Shown here piece by piece: positions 41,201 through 53,200 of a DNA stretch of 64,000 bases; position 1 is the first letter of the stretch; the number at the start of each line of letters is the position of its first letter. The position numbers were made by a program, and so were the translations under genes. The notes beneath the pieces were generated by a model, which was not told the origin of the DNA, ran no database searches, and was given only the letters and a program-made list of their open reading frames with translations. Source of the stretch: Phoronis australis (lineage: Eukaryota > Animalia > Phoronida); the NCBI GenBank assembly GCA_002633005.1, contig NMRA01000782.1, forward strand, positions 85,729 through 149,728. The letters are read 5' to 3'.

Positions 41201-44200
41201 AATGCTGTTTCATTTTAAAAAGCGAGGAACTTAGTAGATACCAACTGTGGGACCAGACCAGATGAAGAAATTATTCAAAATGTCATGAACTGGAGGGAAG
41301 AATTTGTTCAATATGTGCTTGAGCGACTGAACTTTGGGGCTGGGCGAGTAGATTTTCTGGCTCACTCGCCCAGCTGGTGAGCGGAGTTTTGAAACTTGGG
41401 TATATTCCAGCAAGTTGCACTGTGTGCATGAAAGGAGTCCACTTTCACCAGATAACTTTATCACCATACCCAACCTTTGTGACCCCCATAGATATATCTG
41501 TAGCTCAACTGACTGGTGATTACATAACAGCCTGTCAAACAAACAGGTATGTGCAACAGGCAGATGACTACCACCAGTGAATGAGTAGGCCCTCACAGAC
41601 TAGTTAAAGAGGCATTTCCCCCATTACCATTTAAACATGAAAATCCAGTAAATAGAATGATCAGCTTTCTAACCACATAGTTCAAAGTCAACTGGAACTA
41701 ATTGATTAAGTTTTTCATTTAACAATAGCCACTGGTTTCTGCATTCCAAAATCACTTTTGATTGGTTTGAAACAGCCCCTTTTGGAAGAGTTGGCCAGCC
41801 CTACCAAAGCTGGAGGCTAGCTTCATATTAGTCGCGAAAAGGCTAGCAGTTTCATAGTCTAAAACGCTAGCGAGAACGCTAACCAAACTGTGAATGGACA
41901 CTTTTTACTTACTGATGCCGAGAATAGTCTTTTTGGAAAGGTTTTGAAACAAAAGCTTGTTCAAGTTTCAAGTTGTGAGTTAAACATTATTTGCTCACTG
42001 TCTACTGTTAACGAGTGCTGCTATGAAAGCATCCCAACCCCTCGTGTACATGTCACCTTACTGTAAATGTATAAGTCAGCGGCTTTCCAAACTGAATTTC
42101 AACTTTCAGATTCACTACATCTGCATTCCAAACAACAGAAACAAGTCTCCTGAAAACGGAAACTGGAGGCTCCTGTTCTTCAACCACTGGCATGTGTATC
42201 AAATAAATCTGTTGAATTTAAGTAATTTTTTTCATTTAGAGCATTTTACAAAATTTAAACAAGTCTCAACTGCAAATCATTCAGATGAGAAGTGATTTCC
42301 GGGCTAACCAAGAACTGACAGTTTACTATTGCTCGAGAGTATGCTCTGTGCATAAAATGATCAGCCATGACGTCTCGAGTAATAACGAACTGTCAATTCT
42401 TTCCAAGCCCTGAAAGCACCTCTAATTGGATAAAAGAAACTTTAGATGAATTTCAAAGTGCAAGAGGTGACATCAGACTATGGTTTTCATGATGGAATGT
42501 GGGTTCACCGTCCCTTTAAAGTGTGAAATTCTGTGACTGCTTTAACATCTGCATCTACTTTTCACGGAAACTATAGATGGCACTGCACATGCCCCTTAGA
42601 AGCAGACACTTTCAGCATGTAGCTGCTGTATCAGAAAATAGCTAATGGTATTTAGATAATCCTGGGTGTTCACCTGGACATATACAGGTACATTCAATAG
42701 TTTGGAATGGATACTCATTTGAGAACACAGGTTGCTTCCTACCTATAAATGACCACATGTTTCTGCTCACTAAGCAGGTGAAACCATCATATTAAACACA
42801 CGACACTCTCTGAAGGGGCCAACACTCCTGCTGTGCGCATCACTCCAATCGTGTACACATTGGAAAAATTCTTCAGTACGAGATAAATTTAAACTTAAAG
42901 CTGAAATCGTCATTTTTTATTAACTTTCAGTGACACTAAATCAAGCATATCAATAAACAGAAAAATCAGAGCACTAGACTAGCAATTTAGAGACCTGTGG
43001 TTCGATTCCCAGTTGGGGTTCCTGATTTTTCTGTGTTTATTTGATATATTTCATTACTGGCCAACCTCAGCGTCTATATATTTACTAAATCAAGCACAAG
43101 ACAAATATGTCCCTACCAATTCTGCTTGCCGCTGTGCTTTCTTGGCAGCCTTTTCGGCTTCTTTCTGCTGCTTCTTTAGCGCTTTCTTTGACAACGGCTT
43201 TCCATCTGGGCTGCAATGAGGGACAGGTATTAAATTGAAGCTCATTCTACACCTTATCAGTTGCACACGTTTTGTAGAGGACTAACAAAGATTCACTTAA
43301 AGCCTGATGTCAGACATATAAACCCAGAGGCCAACTAAGATTCGAAGATATAGCCTGTTTGTACACCCACTTATTCACGTTAACGCTGGTACGTGCAGGT
43401 ATGAACAAACCCAGCAATGAGTGTTAGGCACGAAAAGTGGGCAAGACAGTCAGCAGGTTCCTGAAACATATTTTCAATAATTCCATGTTGATGTCTATTG
43501 GGTAATGGTAAGAGATTTATCATCTCACTGTCCGGAGTATTAAATCACCTAACTTTCCAAATAAGGAAGTCACTACAGTCAGAGACTTGCACGAAACCTA
43601 CTGCGCACTAGAGGCTGGAACAAGGCTACTCTCAAAGTCCGAACAGTTATGGAGAGAGCAATAACAGTATCAATTGGAAATATTCATGACTTTGAAAAAT
43701 AGAATAGTACAAACGAGAAATTTATGCAAAAAAATAAGTATAAAATGGAATAATGATACAGACCGCAAATTTGTGAACTTTTAATAAGTTGAACCAGTGC
43801 TCTCTAACTGTAAAGTGTATTCGAGTAGCTAACTAGTATGCAATTTGAAACAGAAAAAATACACGTTGAATGAATACAATATTCTAGGACTGAACTTTAT
43901 ATACCAATGTCACCAAAGTCATTCAAGATGCAGACCAAACAAATCCAAGCACAAAGTCCCCATACTTGTTTGCACTGTTCAAATTTTGCCACTACGAACA
44001 ACTGAAACACTTCTAGTCAAAAAACTTCCTTGAAACATCGGATGCCCAGGTCAAATGACTTATTGATGCATGACAATGACGCAGTGCAAATTTTCCAAGA
44101 AAATAACCTGCTTTCTATTTTAGTTTTGTTACATGTTCAATGAAGTTATTTTTGCATGAAAACAAAGTGTGAGAGACTGTGGTTAACTTTAAAATTGGTA

Positions 44201-47200
44201 AGTGTCATCTTCAAAAAGGTAACATGCACTGAAGAGTGCCCATGTTCATCTCATTTGAAATTCCAACAGCGACAAAAATGCAAAAAAAAACACTGAAAAA
44301 CAAGACAACATAGTAATTGACATGTTATGTCATAGAAAGAACATTGCTCGACGCTTAGCAATTAGCGACTTCAAGGAAATCCCAGGTCATCAAGTGAAAT
44401 CTGAGGTTGCCAAAACTGACATTGAACTCAACCTCAAACTCAACTCCTCCTGCTGACGAAAATAGAACGACGTAAATGATCGTATGTACTGGAGGTGAGT
44501 GTTTCAGTAATCTTGCCCAATTGCTGAACAATTCCGACTTTCGACTGTTGCAAATTAAGCATGTCTGATGTGTGCTGAAAGCTGAGGGTGACAAATGAAC
44601 TGACTTCACGAAATAAATGGAACAATTGTGAACCATTTAGGTACTGACTCTAGGAAAACTGTAAGTAATTTAAAGTTTGGAAATCACCATCAACATTGAA
44701 ATGAATTCCGAGGGAACTCTTGTCAGACTTTGATACTTGGTATGGTGACTTGGGATTTTTCCCAGGTCGCCAAAGAAAATCTGAAGTCCCAATGACAACC
44801 TGCAGGCTGTTGGTCTCCAAGTCGAGCACTGGAGAACAAACGAACAATTATAAATTCACAAATATTTATTTATCCTGCCACTCTGAGCATAATAGTACAA
44901 TCAGGTTTGTACATGGGTAGACCCTGACATTCATATCATGTGCTGTGAAGTACAACAATCGACAGGCTGCGTGGTAGAATAACTGAGAATCTATGTGCAA
45001 GCTCGTCATCCATCCTTATTTCCTATAGTTTCAAGACGTAAATCAGTTGCAACCGCGTTAGCTGGCATAGGCAGACAATTTATTCAATTTCATGAAGATG
45101 ACTACTGAGACTTGTAGACTGGTTATTAAAATATTGACTATTTTGTGCAATATAGTTCACATTTTCATACGGCCTCTTTTGTAAATGTGAACACAATAAA
45201 ATTAATAAAATTGACCATTTCTCCACCCATTTCATCAGTGTTCACAGGCACTCCACCGTTTTAGAAAATTAATGTCAAGGTCGTTGCGTGGTCCCTGACT
45301 ATTTTAATTGCTGTAAATTGTTGGATAACCAGGCTGTATCGAATGTCGGTCAGGTCACTAAGTGAAAGCGAGGAAGAAAGGAGATAAAATGGTCATCACT
45401 CACTTAACAAGGGGAAAAGTTTAAAATCAGATTTTAAATTATTGTTTTTCCCGTTCCATTGACAGTAGCCATGTAACTTAGGCCAAAACCGGGTTTGATT
45501 TCCCTTTAGTACACAGCAACTTTTTGGGAAGATTTTTGTGCTTTGACCGCGAATTTGTTGCAAACTCGGTAGAGCAGGACATCGTTAATCAGACGTTAAT
45601 GGTATTGGAAGAAAGAACAATTCCTCATGGTTTGTTGAACCCCTGTTTTGTGTAAATGTATTGAGTTTTGTGTTTGATATGGAGGGTTGATGTGAAGCCC
45701 CTGTGGAATTTCTAGTCCGAAGTGTCATACCTTGCAGAAATATAATGTATGTATTGCCTATTGGGACGATCAGAAGCTGAGGACGCGTTGCCTATTCAAA
45801 GAGTAGAAGTCCAGATAATTTAGACCTCTCTAATTCAGCAATTTTTTATCTGAATAAAGCACCAAATAAAGCAGTAGCTTCGCTTGCCTACAACAGCACT
45901 GGGTAGAAACTTACCCTAATTCGGCTGTGGCTTCGTTTTCTTTATCCATATTGAGCAGCAAAACACTGATGCAAGTTTTCACGCCAGACAGCACTTCCTG
46001 TCTCGACAAGCTTCCTCTAAAACAATCATGCGAATAACTTTTTGCAATGGCGTCATTCCCATCAGTCACCAGGTGGCGAGACCATCTTGTTAGCCTCGCT
46101 GGTTCCCTGCGTGCGGCTAGGTGGTCAGTCAGTAGGCTACGCATTGAGGTATTACCAGAGACCGTTAACGTCTTTGGTATCACTTCATTTTCCTCGGGAT
46201 TTTTTTACACGGGTGTTTCTGATAAGCTGGTCAAATTCTCGAGTCAACAGGCAGCGCTTTACGCAAACAAACTGGCTGCCGTTGTCGATCTGCACTCTGG
46301 GTGTGACCCCTGGGGGTCTTACAATCAGGGGTCAAAAAATGAGCTAGACTAGATATTTGAGGTACCGGCCAAAACTGATTTAAAACGAATTTGTACCGCA
46401 CTGAACACCGAATGACCCATGACAGACAAATTGCACTCTGCCGGGACTTCGGAAACAAAAAACTAACCCCAAAAATGAGCTACATTCGAGGTACCACAAA
46501 AAAACAATTCCATGCTATTCAATACATGTTACTAAATGCCCTATGACAGACAAAGATACACTCTGGGTTGTACCCGGCAGAAACCCCCAAAAATCTCAAC
46601 CACGGTAGGGCCTAAATTTAAACTATAGACTAGATATTCAAAGTACCGGCCAAAACTGATTTAAAATGAATAAGTACCGCACTGAACACCAAATGACGCA
46701 TGACAGACAAATTGCACTCTGGAATGGGTCCGGCAGAAACCAAAAAGGACCCCCCAAAAATGAGCCAGCACGTACATTCGACTGGAGGTACCACAAAAAC
46801 AATTCCATGTATTTCAATACGTCACTTGTCACTGCCATATGACAGACAATGAAAATACACTCTGAGTTGTGTCCGGCAGAAACCTACGAAAATCTCAACC
46901 ACGGTATGCCATGGAAATTTTTGAGTTTCATTAGATACCCGAAGTACCGGCTAAAACTGACTTGAAACCAATAATTGTGCCTCACCAGATGACCCATGAC
47001 AAAGTGTGCTCTGGAAACCGCTCGCCAGAAACTCAAAATGACACCCTAAAAGGAGCTAGGTCATCACTCGAGGTACCACACTAAGCAATTCCATGTGATT
47101 CAAATAGATGTTACTGGTTACTAAATGGCGTATGACAGATAAAACCCAATCTGGATTGTGTGCGCCACACCCAGAAATCTCAACCTCGTAATTTTGAATA

Positions 47201-50200
47201 TCTGTGACATATTAGATAATGGAGACACCGGTTATAGCTTGGTAGAGTTTCGTAGAATCAATTTTTCGATAAGGAAGATGCTGGGATCACGAGCGATGGT
47301 TCATGGCGAATTCCTGTATTTCCGTAGTACTTTTGCGTCTTCTGAGCTCCCACACTGAGTGTCAAATCGATGATGGCGGAAAGTACATGTAAGCATTTTG
47401 GAAAGCACCTGATGACAGTAAAAATTTGGGATACCAGGCACTGTCTAAAACAAACCCATTAAGTGATGTTCAAGACCCGGCAGGTAGTGTGGTATAATGA
47501 TCTATCGAAACTGCCAGCAGCAACACATGTCTCCTAACTTTGCGCTAGATCGAGAAATCTCGAAAATGATTTCCAAAGGGCCCTTTCATTCCGTGAACTA
47601 CAAAACAATACGTTGAAAGACAAGCAACAGACGTGATTTCAAAAACTTTCTTTAATCAAAATTAACTTAAAAATAACAAAACTTTCAAACAGTAACCCAT
47701 TAACTTATAACAACATAATAACAGAAAATTAAAATTACTGCATCAACGAGAACATCACGCTACTATATGTTTAATGTCATAGTAGTTTCCTGTTTCAATA
47801 CGTTTCAACATCAGATTCGTCACTGCTACTCCAGCTTGATTCGGGCTCGCTTGTTTCCTCTTCATGAGCTTGGTTTTCTTGTGAAAGACCAGCCTGAGCA
47901 CCTTCAAAAAGGACATCAGAAACGGCAGATCCACAAAACCATTCGGGAGTATAGTATCCATCTTGTATCTTCCAGCCGTAGTTCAGACGAACCAAACCGT
48001 TTCCCGGATAGGCCAAATCCGCTTGACCCCAGAGCATGGCAACATAATGTGCTCGTTTGAGCTTGTTCAATAGTGTCTTTCTGCAAGGAGGACGCAATGC
48101 GTAGTCAATCTTCTTGATGTTGAAATAAATAATGAGGAAATTTAATTGACGAGGGACCAATTATCTAACAGTTGAAGAACAAGAGCCTGAACACCACTTA
48201 ATGTCTTTTAAGTATCAACTGAGATTGGGTCTTTTGGGATAATACCATAAAAATATTTGAAATTATTTTCGTTGCTTTTATCAACTATATTTTAACAAAT
48301 AACAGTTATTACCTTGTTTATTTTTCCGGTCATCTCAATTAATTTCAAATATGTCGCTTCATTGACATCTTTGACTCCTCCGTTCATTCCATAAAGGATG
48401 CATATGAATTCTTCTAACTTTCTTTCGTCTGGGACATCTACTCTTGTTAACTCTGAGAAGAACTGGCTAAGTGTCCCAGATGAGTCTTTCACCAGAATTT
48501 CCAGAGGCCTCACTTTCCCTTTCCGATACAGTGCTGCTGAAACGTCACACCCTTTCATTGCATGCAGACCAGGCAATGCTGCAGTGAGACCATGTTGTAT
48601 AGACTCTATAGTCTGAACAATAGCGGTGACGTCTTTACGTCTACGGTTATTACCAGAACCACAGTCCATTATTACACGCTCGAAAGGCATTTCTCAGCCG
48701 CTCTTCACTTGTCTTGCTATCCTTCCGATGACAATTACAATTACATTGCCATTTGAGTTGGCTAAGTGGAAGGCAAAGAGCGTGTCGGCTTCTTCGTGGG
48801 AGACTTGAAGATCCGGTGGATGATCAGCTGCCATGGTATCACTGTATGAAAGGCGAATGCGGTTGCCCCCATGTGAGACAACAAGTGTTTTCTCCCCAAG
48901 AATTGATCCATATCGGTCTTTTTGCCATTCATGTAGGAGGAAGGTTGCCAAATTGTCCATAAATGTCCCGTTTTGCAACAACTTTTTACTAGTCTGTCTG
49001 GGTGTTTGCTCTGGGACATTGATGACGAAAGGTTGGTCTCCTGCTCCACGCAACTGCCGTTTACTACTCTTCAGAGAGAGCGTTTTGTATGTATCGAATA
49101 GGACATGGATCTCCTTACTTGAGCTTGCAGAGACGTAGGCTAGAAGGTTTCGGGGCAGATTTCCATAAGATACGATGTTTCCACTTGAAGACAGAAATGA
49201 ATGCAGCAAGAGTCCCCTATCTATTAAGGTCACGTCAATCAACGGAACAGGTGTTTCTGAGAAGCCTCCTTGGAAACTCTCAAGTTTACCAAGCAACTTG
49301 CTTTTTTCTGTCTTTATCATGGGTCCGTCAGAGTGCGCAATAGACAGTGGGTACTGCGTAATTGGAAACGTCATCACATATCTCATGTCAGAAACTGACA
49401 TTTCCGAAATGATAACGAGAAAACGAATGAAAACGTCTTGAAGGCTCTCAGCTGTTGACTTGTCCTTGGCAAGAGGCTGCTTCTTATTAATACTTTCTTT
49501 TGCAAAGTTGTGCACTTTTCGTCTTCTAATGGGCTTCAAAAACCTCTTATCAGTTGAACACTGGTTCTGGAATTCAAGTCGCAGTTTGCGTCCTGCATCA
49601 AGGCACCCGGTTAAATACTCTTTGGTTTCTTTTGCATCTGCTTTACCAGTTGCAATATTCAGCAAATAGTCGGATGTTGTTGCTGGCTCCGAAATGGGGT
49701 CACAGGAATTTGAAATTGCGTCCATCAGTTGGTCTTAATTGTCGCGCGTATCTTTTTCAATTCTACTTCTTCGTAGCTGCATTGCTGGTTCCTCTTCAGA
49801 GTTTAGTCCTGTCAGATACCTCAACTCCGTAACACACATTCCTCGCCGAGTTGATGTAATGCACCATCTTCTCATGGCAGAGTTTGAATTGTGAAAATTC
49901 CGAATTCCTTTCATAGGTGAGGCTGCGTCTAGGTTAACGGTATGTTTAAGCGTTAAATCTACTGCTGACCTTGAAAATTTTTTGCTAGTTCTTCTGAACG
50001 AGAACGCTCCTGATTCCAGAGTCATTCGAGTTTGCGGTACGACGTTTTTGAGCTGGTCGAGAAAAAGACAGCCCCAGCGAGCGTAATTAGGTCGATTCAT
50101 ACCAAACAACGTGTCGATGAAACCTGGGAATACTTCTATGTAGTCCACAATGTTGTTTGTGCGCAAAGCACGCATCAGATTCCTGTGGAGATGATTAATC

Positions 50201-53200
50201 ATGTATACATACACTCCCCAGAACTTCGCGGTTGGGCCGAGTTTTCCGCAGAGTACGTCTTTAAAGAATAAATTGTAGGCCTACTCATTCATGTGACTTT
50301 GAAACGTTGGGTGTGTTTTCAGAAACTCTTCTTGTCTGTCAATACCTTCAGGGACCATCGCTAGAACGTCTTTGATATCATCTTGCCTTTACCGAGGAAG
50401 AGTTGAGACAAAGCTCTGGTACATTTTCCTCTCCATCGCTAGCGCAAGAATGTTGTGAATTCTTGTGCAACGGTTGTAGTATTTACCACGGATGAAACAC
50501 ATCAAGGAGCCTTCTGCTAATAAACCAGATTCTGTCAACAAGTGCTATACACCACTATTGTCGACGAATGTTCCAATGGCACCAAAGAACGCCATCTCTA
50601 AGTGAAAATTTCCGAGCATAATCAGGAGCTTTTCGAACACAGGTGCATTCAGAGCTTGAATGGAGTAAGCTTTGAGGGCTATGGCCAGGTCGTATTCCTG
50701 TCCAGTCTCAATGGCCACATTCATTGTCCTCAACATGGTTTCCCGGACAACATCATTTTTAGTTGGCGAAGCAGGTAAAGGGTCCATATACCATATTCTT
50801 TGCAAAGGTAAGGGTTAATAGATAAACTTCGAGTAAAAGCCAGAAAATAGAGGCATAGATTTTCCAACGTGTGGCAGCAGTAACCTGTAGAAGTCAAGGT
50901 ATTGGACACGTGGTGATTCTGTTACTTCAGTGTCTTGCAGTGGTGCCATCAAATTAAAGTTAGCTTTTTCAGTTCTTTGTAGTAAGGCATAATCTCAGTT
51001 TCATTGCCGTCAAACTGTCGTCTATTCCTAACAGTGCGGATACCTGTCTCCGAACGATTTTCATTGGAAAGTCTGGTTTTGGCTTTGTCTTCACGAATAT
51101 TCTGGTAACAAATTCCTACTGTGGCACGAAGCGTGTCTTTTCCGTCTATGGTCTCCATATTAACGTCGTACATGTAATTATCCCAAGCAAGGGCTGTGCA
51201 CAAGTCAGGATGACGTTCCACGCCATCTGGAGTATGTCTATCATTTTCCTCCACTGTGAATGCGAATTCTGTCTCAAGGGCCTTCACTTCGTCGTAACTC
51301 AAGCACACTCCTAGACGATTCAGGATACGTAGAATCAATTTTGATCCAGACAGAGACCCCATTCCCAAGCCAAGCACAGTATGCTTCCAAGGTCGTACCG
51401 CTCCTCTTGAGGCGTTTTAAACGGCATCTGATGACACTGACATCACTTAGCGTTTAACTGCGTCACTTTCACAACTTGAAAGACACACTCGAGCAATAAA
51501 CAAAATTCCCCCTCCTTTGGTCATACATAGATACAGTGATCCTCTCACCGAACTTATCCTTTATCTTTCTCACCAAGGCTTGAATTGAATAATTTTCTGC
51601 ATCGTCTCTTTCACCTCCCTCATTCTCGAACTCGCTTCTGTATAGATCCAGTAGTGATGATGAAAACATTGCCTTACCACCTCGAATTATTTCAACATCG
51701 ATTAGACTGGACAATGCTTCAAATGTGGTTGCGTGTATGCCCCTTATCGAGGATGATTCATTCTTTATACAGTCAGTTTCCTTGAACAATTCCCGTCGAC
51801 AGAATTTATGGTAATGAGCCTCTTTCGCTATAAGATCTACCCCACTTGCAACAATAGACTTCAAGCGCTGGTTGCTACTTTTGTAAGCAGCATCAACAAT
51901 GGCTTTGACGCCATCTCTGGTAAGACAATCAGAAAGAGGTTCTTCCTTCATTTTCACAGTCTTCCTTTTTAACGGACAAAAGATGCAAGATCCTTTCAGT
52001 ATACCTCCGGAATTCATCGGCGGCATCAGATTTTGGCATCTGGTTCCTGGCTTCTTCATAGCAGTACCGGCTTTGGACTCAAATGACGGTCTTTTAACAG
52101 CAGTGAAGCTTTTGTAGCATTTAGAGTGGTAATAGCTGCTGGTTCCGCAGATATCATTTGTCAAATTGACTTCAGTTGTTACGTCTCTGTATTGATCAGA
52201 CTTCATAAGTAAACTGTATTGTGCCGCAGTCTTGAGCGTGCCCCACACCTTTTCCACAAGTAATTTTAAAGGGTCTCCTCCCTCTAACTTGCAAATGAAG
52301 CACGTGCATGTATGTTTTGCTGCTTCAGCATGGGGTGGCACCTGAAAGCATAACTAGAATATAATTGTTAAAAAGATGAACAAAAAACCCTAGCTCAGTA
52401 TTTCTACGAATCTCTTGTGACATTTGATAAATTTCTCGCCGGATCATAGGTATTCTGCTTTGGTCTGACAACGAGTATATAATCATACATGTATAGATGG
52501 GCATTATTGCCAATGTGTTTTCTAATCATATTTACCGGGTTTGACGTCTGTGGATCTCTCACTGTGTCGCTACCCTCGTCCACGTCCATTGATGCAACAT
52601 CGTCTTGCTGAGCCTAAAACACGTTGGTTTAAAAGTATATAATACAATTGCACTAAACGTTTATTATTTAACAGATTTTGAAGAAACTTCATGTATGGCG
52701 TGATGATTCCGCTTGAAAAAGGAGAAAAGGTTTTACAGAGTAGCTGAAGATTACCACATATCTATGTAATCTTACATTTCTGAAATGTATTTAATACCAT
52801 TGGAAGTATAGTTGAAGTGCAGCGCCCACGTTTTGATAGTACCTGAAATAGCCGATGGTATCGCTGAGGACTGCTGGTATCATCACCGCCACTACATTCA
52901 CTGTCCATTTCGTTCATTATGAAACTCTGTAGGCGCACCTAAAGTTAACAAAACCAAAATGTACACACTATACATGGCTTAACCATAGACGGCGCACCAT
53001 AACGGACTGAGGGGCAATAGCCCCACCCCCCACTTTTCTTCAGTGCTGCGCCGCCCATTTTAACAGTGGAAACAGTTCTAAATCGCAGAACCCAACACTA
53101 GTCTTGGTGCTTTACATTGTCTCAAAGCATGGGTAACGTGTTAAAAAACATTAGGTCGTCGATATTCGAACCAGGGATGGATATTCCCAATGTCTAAAGA

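Noticed and set aside
42966-43015. Functional tRNA gene
   Set aside because: No acceptor stem or complete D-arm. Treated as a SINE fragment.
47767-52117. Plus-strand ORFs overlapping the transposase
   Set aside because: Antisense shadows of the minus-strand coding sequence.
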